Assembly: GCF_001194135.2 (NCBI RefSeq)
Contig: NC_068981.1
Span: 101,825,449-101,889,448 of the forward strand
Direction of reading: 5' to 3'
Origin: Octopus bimaculoides
Lineage: Eukaryota
Length of the DNA stretch: 64,000 bases
Below the pieces are notes generated by a model. It was not told the origin of the DNA. It saw only the letters and a program-made list of their open reading frames with translations, and did no database searches. The position numbers and the translations under genes are program-made. Position 1 is the stretch's first letter. Each line of letters begins with the position of its first letter. Shown piece by piece: positions 12,907-25,403 of the stretch.

Positions 12907-13200
12907 CAGTGCTACTCAAAGTGGTGGTCTGCAGACAGGTGTCAGTCAGTGAGCCATCAGCTGCTGGTACGTGGCGAGTTTCCAGAAAAGAAACATTATA
13001 ACATGCTTATAAAATGCTTATGTAATTTTGTATTATTTGTTAACAAAATAAATATACGATAAAAAAAATTGTCAACTTTTATTATATCCATTATATATTG
13101 TTTCCGGTATAAATTAATATTCCTAAGAAACATTACCAGTCCTTAGCACATTGGAAATAAAACTGCTGGTATGTTACAATAGATAGTTTGAGAAGCACTG
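12907..13200. mobile_element. hAT-Charlie/Buster-type MITE (294 bp)
   Basis: TIRs CAGTGCTACTCAAAGT and CAGTGCTTCTCAAACT match at 14/16. TSDs CTCTACAA and CTCTAGAA match at 7/8 and fit the NTCTAGAN target preference. Confidence 0.88.
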
Positions 13201-13204
13201 CTCT

Positions 13205-13702
13205 AGAAGACACCTGTTTCTGTTCCTCTGTAACACTCTAACCTCTCATCACCTGGCACAAGGCTGCCTCTTCCAATACCCACTTCCCAAAGTCTCAAAA
13301 GATCTTTGTCTTGTGAGTCACTTGGTAACCCCATCGGTGCTGATGCCATGTAAAAAGCATCCAGTCTACACTGTAAAGGGGTTGGCATTTGAAGGGAGCC
13401 CAGTTGTAAAAACTGTGCCCAAGTAGACCTCACTGGTGTTGGTGCCACATAAAAAGCATCCAGGCTACTCAGTAAAGTGACTGGCATTAGGAAGGACATC
13501 CAGCCATAAAAGCCATGCCAAAACACACCTCACTGGTGTTGGTGCCGTGTAAAAAGCACTCAGTTCACTCTGTTAGGTGGTTGGCATTCAGCTGTCAAAA
13601 CCATTTCAAAACAGTGAAGCCTGGTGCAGTCTTCTGGCTTACCAGCTCCTATCAAACTGTCCAATCTATGCCAGCATGAAAAATGGATGTCAAATGATTA
13701 TA

Positions 13703-13734
<32 letters not shown>

Positions 13735-13735
13735 A
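13205..13735 (+). mobile_element. RTE 3' UTR-derived repeat with an internally triplicated module
   Basis: Three successive GGTG(C/T)TG(A/G)TGCC..TAAAAAGCA units, then the standard body and a (GAT)n tail. Confidence 0.7.
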
Positions 13736-14287
13736 TGGTGCCCCACTGAATTTATGTGTGTGTGTGTGTATATATGTAATTTTTGTTCTATGGTATTTAC
13801 CTAAACACACAGACACACATGTAATTAGTAACATGCAAAAATAAACTTAGATTTTTGTAGACATTTGGGATTCCACATTTGTAGTGTAAATAATGCCTCT
13901 GATTACAGAGATTAATTAAACCAACTTAATTACCATTTTATAGCATATTTTACAAGCAATAAAACACCATTTCAGAATTTTTGTCAATATTCCAGGATTC
14001 CAGAATGTATCTATGTGGTCCCTATATAACACCCAATAATAGAAGAAGATTTGAAAATAATATATTGTAACAACATGTTAGACTTTTCATTTGTTGACTA
14101 CTAAATAAGTAGCAAAAACAAACCTGGTAAACATTTTACCCATTTTCCAAAACAATTTTCCTTTTCCATTAAAGGGAATAACCTGTTTTGTTAACTATTG
14201 AAAAATATATGCCATTGTTAAACAAGTATATAATATTTACAATGCTTGAACCATATTATCAAGTGAAATAAAGGTCATTCAAGTTAT

Positions 14288-14489
14288 ACTCTTTTACTTG
14301 TTTCAATCATTTGACTGTGGCCATGCTGGAGTACTGCCTTTAGTTGAGCAAATCGACCCCAGGACTTATTCTTTGTAAGCCTAATACTTACTCTGTCGGT
14401 CTCTTTTGCCGAACAGCTAAGTTACAGGGACGTAAACACACTAGCATCGTTTGTCAAGCGATGTTGGGGGGAGAAACACAGACACACAA

Positions 14490-14534
<45 letters not shown>

Positions 14535-14708
14535 CATATATACGACGGGCTTCTTTCAGTTTCTGTCTACCAAATCCACTCACAAGGCTTTGGTCGGCCC
14601 GAAGCTATAGTAGAAGACACTTGCCCAAGGTGCCACACAGTGGGACTGAACCCTGGGCCATGTGGTTAGTAAGCAAGCTACTTACCACACAGCCACTCCT
14701 ACGCCTAT
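14288..14708 (-). mobile_element. full-length tRNA-derived CORE-type SINE (octopus OR-like)
   Basis: Reverse strand reads ATAGGCGTAGGAGTGGCTGTGTGG (A box), GGTTCAGTCCC (B box) and GGCACCTTGGGCAAGTGTCTT (CORE-like), with an internal (TG)n. Other copies lie at about 7085-7255, 18610-18790, 24900-25305, 26370-27130, 34105-34260, 40745-41105, 44600-44765, 46925-47085, 50750-50910, 51365-51680, 54245-54385, 62921-63120 and 63245-64000. Confidence 0.85.
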
Positions 14709-15314
14709 GTGTAAAGTACTTTTTGATTAATTCTTTCATGAAACTACAAAATTGTAGAAGCTAAGTAAAGAATAGAAAAGTTGGAAAAGAAAAGCAGAAA
14801 GAGAAAAAAAAAAAGGCAAAGAGAAAGGCAAATTTGGTAAAAGTTAAATTATAAATATTGTATGTATGCTATAATTCCTAATATTATGCAGGGTGGCAAA
14901 AATATACATCCAAAGTTACCTATTTGTTGTTGTCAGTATCAACTTTATCTCACATCTGAGTTTTTATTTTCTCCTTTACTGAACGCTTCCTTTGTGATGA
15001 AACTGTTGATAATTCTGAAGACCAATCCTTGCACAGAAGAGTCAATGGCATTGACTGCATGACAATGTTGGTGGAGAACGAGTTTGATTTTGTTGAGCCT
15101 TTCTCTGCTGTCATTTGATTTTTTCCTTTTCTCTTCTGCTGGCTTTGAAGTTTTTGATGTTGGGTAACATTAGTAAAGTGGTTGGCATTAGGAAGGGCAT
15201 ATGGCCAAAGAAACCATGACAAAGTAGACAGTAGAGCTTGGTGCAGTCCTGTCATGCCAACTCCTTTCAAACCACCCAACCCATGACAGCATGAAAAACA
15301 GATCTTAAACTGTG

Positions 15315-15368
<54 letters not shown>

Positions 15369-15490
15369 TGTGTGTGTGTGTGTATGTATGCATGTATGTG
15401 TACTGTGCAAGTGTACTGACATCATACCTTTACTCATGTGAGACATGGACCCTTTACTAATGTCATGTAAGGGTCCTTGAATGCTTTTGT

Positions 15491-15997
15491 CAGAAATGTC
15501 TGAGAGACATTCTGAATGTTAGCTGGACCTTAAAAACTCCAGACACACAGGTCCTGAGGACAGCTGATATCTTGAGTATTGAGGCGATGGTGCACAAGCA
15601 CTGGTTATGTTGGACTGGACACTTTGTTAGAATGAAGGATAGCAGGATCCCTAAACAGATGCTATACGGGGAACTTGTGAATGGAAAGAGACCCCGGCAG
15701 AATCCAAGGCTGTGATTTAAGGACTGTGTCAAGTCCTCATTAAAGGCCTGTGATTTTCAGGAGACTGACTAGGTGAGCAATGCTTGTCATCACCACAGAA
15801 GGAGGAAGCAGGTTAAGGAGAGGGTTGACACCTTTAAGAGAGTATGTATTCTGCATGAAGAACTTAAGCGTGCTGCTTAAAAGTGCACTGTTAGTGTAGT
15901 GAATGGGGAAAGCCTGGTTTGCAATGTTTACAGTTGTGTATGCTTGACAAGAGTAGGGCTCATTAGCCACCAACGGAGCCGCAAATGCAAAATATAA
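15491..15997 (+). mobile_element. RTE LINE ORF C-terminal fragment with terminal zinc-finger remnant
   Basis: QKCLRDILNVSW..VLRTADILSIEAMVHKHWLCWTGHFVRMKDSRIPKQMLYGELVNGKRPRQNPRL*FKDCVK, then CNVYSCVCLTRVGLISHQRSRKC. Confidence 0.88.
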
Positions 15998-16334
15998 GTT
16001 AGTCCTAGAGTGCACAATGTTCATGAAGGTCAGCAATGGTCTTTCTTGATCACGAGTGGATGGCCATCATGTATGTATGTATGTATGTATGTATATATGT
16101 TGTATGTGTCTATATCAGTCTTCAACCTTTATGCTACTAATCATCAATATATACATACATGTACATATATATATTTATACATATCTTTTGGTACTGGGAA
16201 ATTTTATTTAACGATAAGTCATAAATAAAACGTGCACGTATAGCATCTATATTTTAGTCCTGTCATGCCACTAAAAACCTCCGATTAAACCATATGGTTC
16301 TTGCTGTACAAAGGACTGAAGAATAATGTGTATG

Positions 16335-16377
<43 letters not shown>

Positions 16378-16525
16378 ACTTTGTAGTATTAATATTTTTG
16401 ACATTTTATACAAAGAGCACTCATTATAAATCCAGTGTATAATATTCTAACAGAATATATTTATTTAATGATATATATATATATATATATGTATGTACAT
16501 TCATACACTCATATCTACTAAGATA

Positions 16526-16617
<92 letters not shown>

Positions 16618-17309
16618 CACACACACACACACCACATATATGCACACAAACGCTTATTCATAAACATATATACTTATATGCATTTATATCTTACTCTCAT
16701 TTTAGAAATCTGTGTGTATCTATGCAGTATATGTGAGAGGAGTGTGTGTACGTGCATGCACTTCTGTATTTATACTTTTTAAATGTGAAAATCTGATAAA
16801 AATGGAGACCACAGATCTCTAGGGATGATACCTGGTCGTAATTACCACCATACCATAAACACTCTGACATATATCGCATCTCATCTGAACACAGTAAGAG
16901 CATAATCATTTTTGAATCCTGGGCATTTGCTTGCTTTGATCCTTTCGTTTGTGGTTCTGTTGTAACATTATTTATTGATTGATCCTCAAGTTTTCCTTAC
17001 ACACACACACACACACACAGACTCATACATACACATAGGTTAATTTATATAGAAGCTCAGACATACAAGCATACATACATGTGTATATGTGCATTTGTGT
17101 GTGTGTGCATATAAATATATATATATATATATACATACACACACACATACATGCAGTTATGCATAGATATGTACATATACATGTATGCATATATAGGTAT
17201 ATTTTTAAGAGTATATATATGTAGGTATGTATATGTACATGTAGGTATACATATCTACATAAATGTAGGAGTGTGTGTATATATATATGTATATGCACGC
17301 AAATCTATC

Positions 17310-17356
<47 letters not shown>

Positions 17357-17763
17357 TAGATAACATGAAGAACAAAGGGAATCAATTTCTTAACCTTGTA
17401 TGATCAGAAGCATTTATGACCGAGAGGTTATCACTACTGACATATACAGATGCAAAATAAAACTCCCTTTTATAAGACAAAGTGGAACTTGGAACTTTGA
17501 GTAGCAACTACCTCAGATTCACTCTTAAATATAAATTATGCACACACACACACACACACACGTGTGTATCTGCTTACGTATGTATAGAACCACAGATAAG
17601 AATTTATTTGAAACTATGGAGAAACTATTAATGCAAACCTTATTACTTTGAAACAGAAGATCAACATATAACCTATGAGCTATGAATGATGTACTGCAAA
17701 TAAATTCCTACTGCTAGTGGGATTTTGTGTATATTTTTATCCTTTTACGAAATTTTTCTTCAG

Positions 17764-17817
17764 TGATATGCATTTCCACATCAAGAGAAAAACAGCCCTG
17801 TTCTATGAATTTACCTG
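17764..17817 (+). CDS. possible 54-nt symmetric exon (DMHFHIKRKTALFYEFT or ICISTSREKQPCSMNLP)
   Basis: Acceptor AAATTTTTCTTCAG, donor CTG|GTTAGT, length divisible by 3, two open frames. No family recognised. Confidence 0.3.
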
Positions 17818-18796
17818 GTTAGTAATACTTCAGATTCAAAAACATTTAAGATACTAAAATTTAGGACAAAATATACCGTGATATTTTGGATAAACTATTT
17901 TCTTCTTGTTTAAGCCCAGTTCAAAACTCACTGAGCAGACATATGATTCTGTCTTTTATATTCATATCTCTCAACTACATTATCCAATGTGTGAGTCCAT
18001 TTTTCAAGATCAAGAGCGCAATTTAAGAAAGACCAGACTGTTACTTCTAGCCATTCACACAACCACATACAGTACTGCCTGTTGTTTTTGAGTGCTGCAA
18101 TATTGGATCCATAAGTCTTTCAAGTTGGTTCTGCTTGTGGCAGTACACATAATCGGTTCTACATATAATCAATCTAATAACTGTAATAACTGTTGTCCAA
18201 AAATTAACTCTTTGAACTCCATGTCTGCTGGCAACAAATATAATAGCACCATATAAACACTATTTTGAGCAGCACTTCAATAGTTAGCATCAATCTCTCT
18301 ATCTATCCTTGTTTTACTCCCTGGCCTTGTTTTTCATACACACATGAATGTATATCTATAATTATATATATATACATACTGATCTCATGTAAAGATATAT
18401 GCATGTACCTGTTTAAACATATGTATATAAAATATATAAATATATGTGTTTTAAATACATACATTATTACAAATGCACATACAAATGCATTTGAATATAT
18501 ATATATATATATAATATGCTTGTGTGTGTATGGATGTATATATACATATGTATGTGTGTGTATATATATATATGCACACGCATAAATAGACATACCTTTA
18601 CCTATCTCTGCATCTATATATATTGCTGGTATGGCTATGTGGTTATGAAGACTGATTCTCAACCATGTGGTTTTGGGTTCAGTGTCACTGCATGGTACCT
18701 TCAGTAAGAGCCTTCTACTATAGTGCTGGGTCAATCAAAGCCTTGGGAGTGGTTTCGGTGGTAGATGTTAACTGAAAGCAGCCCATCAGAGTTGTT

Positions 18797-18832
<36 letters not shown>

Positions 18833-18855
18833 NNNNNNNNNNGAGAGAAAGAGAA

Positions 18856-18894
<39 letters not shown>

Positions 18895-19187
18895 ATGAAT
18901 TCATTGGTTTGTAAACAGTGGCTTCTTGATGGTCTTGTTTGCTTGCAGTCCACTATGAAAACATGCTTGGGCTTCTTGCCATGTTTCACAATCTTAGCAA
19001 ACATATGGCATTGTTTGATTTCAGTTTTTTTGCATAAAACATGTCCAGTTGTTTTTATGTGGCAGAATGAGAAATTAATTCAGTTGGAAACAGGTGGGGT
19101 TTGGTGCAAGAAAGGGTATCCAGCTGTAGAAAGCTGCTGCCTATGTACTCTCATCTGACCTTGCAAGCATCGAAAAGTAGATATTAA

Positions 19188-19408
19188 CCCTTTAGCATTT
19201 AAACCGGCCATATCCGGCCAAAAGTATTCTGCCTGTTTTATGTTCAAACTGGCCAGATCTGGTCTCTCATACTAACCCTACAATATTGTTTTAAAAATTA
19301 ACAGCTACCTCATCAAAATCTCATAGCTACAAGATAATGTATGATTAATTCAAAACAATGTAGATGAAAAAGCATTAATTTTGGCAGAATAATGCGAACA
19401 CTAAAGGG
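19188..19408. mobile_element. piggyBac-like TTAA MITE (221 bp)
   Basis: TTAA|CCCTTTAGCATT at the left end and AACACTAAAGGG|TTAA at the right. TTAA lies at 19184-19187 and 19409-19412. Confidence 0.88.
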
Positions 19409-20512
19409 TTAAAGTGGTGATGATGATGATGATGAGGGTATGCCTCAACACAATCTGCAGTACCCTCTCTTTCTCTGTCTATCTCTTCATCTTTCTCTCT
19501 AATCCTATCTCTCTATTTTCTCTCCTTTCTTTTCTAATTGAGGTATCCATGCATCTCCTCTATAGCAATACACCTATCCCTATCCCTCCACTATTCTTTA
19601 ACCTCTCAACTGGCACAAAGCAATTTTCCCTCAATACTACACCCCCTCCCAGTCTGGGGTCTTCATCTCATAAGTTTTTTGGTGACCCTGCTGATGTTGA
19701 TGCAACATAAAAAGCACACACTACACTCTGTAAAGTGGTTGGTGTTAGGAAGGGCATCCAACCATAGAAACCATAGCAGACAATGGAGCCTGGCCCAGTC
19801 CACTGGCTTGCTAGCTCCTGACAAACAATCCAACTCATGCCAACTTGGAAAATGAAGTTTGATGATGATAATGATGATGATATACATACATGCATGCATA
19901 CATGTGTGTGTGTGTGTGTTTGCACCTGAACTCATTTATTTGAAAGTTACAATGTTTGAGCAGTGTTGTTGGCACCTCCCCTGTCAGCAACTTGTCCACT
20001 CACTTTGTAAGCCACATAGAACAAAAGATCTATTACTTGCAGACATGTAAAGGTTAACATCCAGCAGTAAAACAATGCTTTGAAAACATATTTGTCTAAC
20101 CCATGCTAGCATGGTAAAACGGATATAAATTAATCAAAATGAAATGTATGTGGGTGCATATGTCTAAGTGTGTGTTTGTGCATGCATGTGTACGTAAGTA
20201 TGTGTGTATTGTCTTTTATATGATTTCTTATGTAATAAGAATAATATGAAAGCACAATACATCCATCTCTTAGAAGTATGCAGAACCTGATATATGTTTA
20301 GCTCTGGATGTGTAATCCTGCTTATCTTGCAAATGTCTCACATATGTAACATTCAGATGCATGCACACATACATATACATATATACACACTCACGCTAGC
20401 TACTCAAATTTTGCTATTTTGAAATGATTTCACAGGAGATGAAATTGAAAGATTTGCTAGAAATTAATGGGAGTGAATGTGTTAAAAGAACAGAAAAAAT
20501 TTTGAGAGATTG

Positions 20513-20543
<31 letters not shown>

Positions 20544-20899
20544 AGACTACCTTGATCAATTTTTCCAGTTCCAGTATGAAACAAAAAAAAAACACACACA
20601 GACAGACATACACATTCTTGTGCACTTCTACACTCATACACTCTCTCATGCCTTATATACACCTGCATATGCACACTTATACAGACACTTCTGGTCATGT
20701 GCAGACAAGCCCATGAAAATACACACACATTCACATATACACACAAAGCAGCATGTACACACAGACATACACTCACACTTACATGTAAATAAAAGCCAAA
20801 TGAAGAAAAATGTTAGCTGAAATAAATTTAGTTAATCAAATCACCAATCACACCCATTATTAATGTAATATCATATAATGAGACAAAGATAGATTATCA

Positions 20900-22130
20900 A
20901 GATAGCAAAGCAACTCAAGTGACTACACTGTGGTAAGAACTCTGCTTTTATTTGCTGCATACAAAGTAACAATATATATGTCATGCATACACTTATATTT
21001 TTATTGTGAATCAGGTGACGATTCGCTCTTGAAGTTTCAAGCATGTAAGCTGTACTGGCAATCAGTCAGACAAAGAACGTTGATGATGTCTATAATACAC
21101 TAGGTAGAATGATTTCCATTGGTCAAAGTGGATCATGTGGTTGGATTTGTTGCAGATCAAAGGTAATGTTGACTGGATAAATATGGTGTAGAGGAGGCTC
21201 CCCAAGGAGAAACTATTTTGCCATGCCTGTTAGTGCTTGTGGTTGTAGATTTGAGTCAACAGGCATGGACCTTGGACAATCAGGCAGGCATCTGGGAGAT
21301 GTTCAGGAAGAACCTCCTCCAATGATTACAATTAACTAATTGATCTCTGGTTAAGTGACTGAGCTAATTGCTTTACAGTTAGATAAAACTGCTTTTTTGT
21401 AATCCATTTCACTAAGAAGTGTCTTTATCAATGATTGGAGGGTATTCAAATTTTAGATCTGTGTTTACACAAAAATCGACCCTGAGACAATTGATCCTTT
21501 GATCTTATTGAGTGTAGATGTTGGTAGAGGTGGTTTTGAAAACTTTTACAGTAATCCATGTTATTCTTTTCAATATCACCCAGGGATGTTATAGATACTC
21601 AATATATCTCTGCTTTGGAAAGACAAGAGACTCTAAATCCCCTAAGGATTCACGAAGAGGGATTTAACAGTTACAAATTAGATGCTAGTATTTGGACTGT
21701 GTGGGTGGGTGTGTTTTTGTTGATCATTTGTGATCTGTGAAGAGATACTGTCTAGACAAGATTAGCTTGCCTTAATATGAGTTTTGAAATGTTTATTTGA
21801 ATGTCAGTAGGAAAAGTCTTAGAGATAAAAAATTTGTAGATATGTTCATAGCACATCTAACCCATATGGTGAATTAAACCAAATAACCTTCCTTTTATTT
21901 GTTGTAGGGAGTAGGGTATCCTCCATAATATTAGCTTCTAATTGAAGCTGATTCTAGTTAGCATGTCATAATAGAACGTAACCTTGTTAAAGTGATCCCT
22001 GCCATAGGATTAATCAAAGAATAGCTTAGATATTTCATTTGAAAGATTTCTAGTTATGGCTAGTGGGGTGGAAAATTTGTCTTCACACTGATGCTAAAAA
22101 TTTTCATGATTGCCTTCTCCACTATGGCTG
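20900..22130 (-). mobile_element. Penelope-like retroelement remnant: RT C-terminus, linker and GIY-YIG
   Basis: Reverse strand gives AITRNLSNEISKLFFD*SYGRDHFNKVTFYYDML, NKRKVIWFNSPYGLDV..NISTNFLSL and CLSKAEIY*VSITS..SFQNHLYQHLHSIRSK. It has multiple stops and frameshifts, and the boundaries are approximate. Confidence 0.8.
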
Positions 22131-22588
22131 TTACAATGACATCTACAATTTTTCATGTGCCATCAACAATACAACCTCTTTCACAATTACTAACTCCATC
22201 ACTACCATAGCTACAATCACCACACCTAATCCCATGCTCCTATCAGTATGCCTATCTTTCCAAACACTTGTCTGTTTATCCCTTTACACATCTCTCTCTC
22301 CATCTCTCTCTGTATAAGGAATTACACCTGTGAAGTCTCTGAACAGACTTTGAACAAAACAAAATACATTTTGTTGAAATACTGATTATAATAAAATATA
22401 TTAGCACTTATACATGGCACTTGAGTTTTTAATCTGGTACAGATAAAATGAAAAGAATCAAACAACATGTCTTGTATGGTGAAAGACTCACTAACTATCT
22501 AGTAAGAGTCATTCATTTAATATGTGTAAGAGAGTGCATGCGTACTCTGAAATGAATTCTAAAAGAAAATTACTAGTTTTCGGAGAAG

Positions 22589-22633
<45 letters not shown>

Positions 22634-22926
22634 NNNNNNNNNNNNNNNNNNNNNNNNNNNNNNNNNNNNNNNNNNNNNNNNNNNNNNNNNNNNNNNNNNN
22701 NNNNNNNNNNNNNNNNNNNNNNNNNNNNNNNNNNNNNNNNNNNNNNNNNNNNNNNNNNNNNNNNNNNNNNNNNNNNNNNNNNNNNNNNNNNNNNNNNNNN
22801 NNNNNNNNNNNNNNNNNNNNNNNNNNNNNNNNNNNNNNNNNNNNNNNNNNNNNNNNNNNNNNNNNNNNNNNNNNNNNNNNNNNNNNNNNNNNNNNNNNNN
22901 NNNNNNNNNNNNNNNNNNNNNNNNNN

Positions 22927-23002
<76 letters not shown>

Positions 23003-24554
23003 GCTGATTCACTCTATCACTCAACTAACTGATGCAATCCTTTAATCAAGAATAAGAAATTAACAGCAAATTTGGTTATACAAGAAGTCATTATGGAGAA
23101 TTGAACACACATTGTTTTTCATTGGTTGCAACATATCATGTCACTTGGTAATATTAGAATCTGGTGTATGGTTAGTTAGTTTCTGGTATGTAACGATATA
23201 CTTAGTGTTGCTAGGGAGGAATAGTTCTATGGCCATACACAATTACTGAGTTATATGATATATTTCTAGTTTGAAGAGAGTTTATATTAATTCTATTTGT
23301 TGCATTTTAAATAGTTAAGAAGATCTATTTTTCTATGTCAGCTTGTAGTGTATATCTTGGTTATTCTGTTTGAGATGTTAGCTGTTATTATTAATATATA
23401 TTTTTTCCTGAAATTCATAGGTTGCATTTATGTGGACTGTTTATGTATGAGGATATATATAATACAATCTATGTACCAACAATAACTCATACAACTCATT
23501 TTACCTAACTGCAAACCAATGATATAACATAAATCATATAACATATTCTATACAGTTTCCACTTGGCATTAAAATACCCAACGCATAGAAAATAACATCC
23601 TACTTAACACAACAACGCAAAATCACACAATACATATTGAATACAATCACCTCCCAATAATATAACACAAAACAAAATTCACACAACAAAGCTTTAAACC
23701 CACGGTTAAAAGATTTCAGACTATAAAGAGATGAAGAGAATGTAAGGGGCATGACTTTTGATAAACCAGCAACTGTTCTACATAATACAACAGCAATATA
23801 TTTCAAATCATACATGCACAAAAATATGTAAGTGTATAATGTTATATCTCACTGTTGCCATGTTTCTCCCATTTGTAAGCACTCTTGTTTTAAACTGGCC
23901 ATTGCTTCTCCCCAACAATAGTAAACTGCCATTGTTCCCTCTTCACTATGGTTACTTGCTGCTATTTCTACTTCCTATGGAAAAATTGTCCATTTCATTT
24001 GACTACCTCTGGCTGTAGATTATATAAAGGACCTTTAGCACATGGTTCCTCAGACTTTCACGTTGCTTGCTTCATTCACTGTTGTTGATTGACACTCACA
24101 ATATGCACAGTTAAGCTAAGAATTTCTCTTGTTTTTAATTGCCTCATTCATTCATCTAACCCGTATTACTAACATATACTTTCATAAACTGTAATTATTC
24201 AAATTAATTCTTCAAATAACTTTTAAACTGTAATTCCCTAAAACCCTAGTGTTCTCTCCTTGTTTCATAATGTTTTCATCACTGTTCTCTAAAATTCCTA
24301 AACACTCTTGTTTTACTTATGTCTCTCACTATTGCCATGTTTCTCCTATTCGTAGGCATTCTTGTTTTAAACTGGCCATTGCTTGTCTGCAATGCACCCA
24401 CCCACCCCTGCCCCCATCACATATACCAGAAATCTATTCTCAATACTGGAAACTCCTACAGGGCTCTCTACCAGAAGACTTGCATACCTTCATCCTTCCC
24501 TCCTTCCCTGCCACCAATAATCGCCCACACTACTACTGCATACACCAAAAGGTG

Positions 24555-24900
24555 ATATGTTACCAATGGCATGTAAAAGCACCTTTCGAGTGTTGGGCCT
24601 CAAGGTGGCAATGATTGAGTTCATTTGACATTATGCCGTGCTTGAGAAGAAGACCCATCAAGCCAAGTAAAACCACAGACATAGCAGATACCGGTGTCAT
24701 GCAAATAGCACCCATGCTGGTGACACGTAAAAGCACCCATTACACTCTTGGAGTGGTTGGCATTAGGAAGGGCATCCAGCTATAGAAACCATGCCAAAAC
24801 AGACTGGAGTCCAGTGCAGCCTTCCAGCTTGCCAGCCCTGGTCAAACCGTCCAACTCATGCCAGGATGGACAATGGACTTTAAATGACGATGATGATATC
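24555..24900 (+). mobile_element. RTE ORF end plus 3' UTR
   Basis: Encodes HYAVLEKKTHQAK*, followed by the AAAAGCACC modules and a GAT tail. Confidence 0.75.
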
Positions 24901-25361
24901 TTTTATCTTTTACTCATTTCAGTTGTTAGACTGTGGCCATGTTGGGCATTATCGTGAAGAATTCTATTCAAATGAATTGACCCCAGTAATTACTTCTTTT
25001 TAAGTCTGATACTCATTCTATCAGTCTCTTTTGCTGAACTGCTAAGTTATGGGAGTGTAAACATACCAACACTAGTTGTCAAGCAGTAGTGGAAGACAAA
25101 CAAACACATACACACACACCCCACACAGACACAGACACATATGTGTATACACACGCATATGGGCTTCTTTCGCTGAATCCACTATCAAAGATTTGGTCAG
25201 CCCAAGGTTATAATAGTAGAAGACACTTGCTCAATGTACCATGCAATGAGAGTGAACCTGGAACCATGTGGCTGGGAAGCAAGTTTCTTACCACAGAGCC
25301 TCGCCTACACCGACAAAAAAAAAATAGATAAAAAAAGCCTACATAGATATATATTAAATGT

Positions 25362-25403
<42 letters not shown>

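Noticed and set aside
18071-18227. Open minus-strand frame RHGVQRVNFW..KTTGST ending at a GTATGT donor
   Set aside because: Modest acceptor and no homology. Open runs of this length are common in a window this size.
22509-23024. Long ORFs spanning N runs (also 28.7-29.8, 33.6-34.1, 51.9-52.5, 59.7-60.3 and 62.5-63.0 kb)
   Set aside because: Artefacts of translating assembly gaps.
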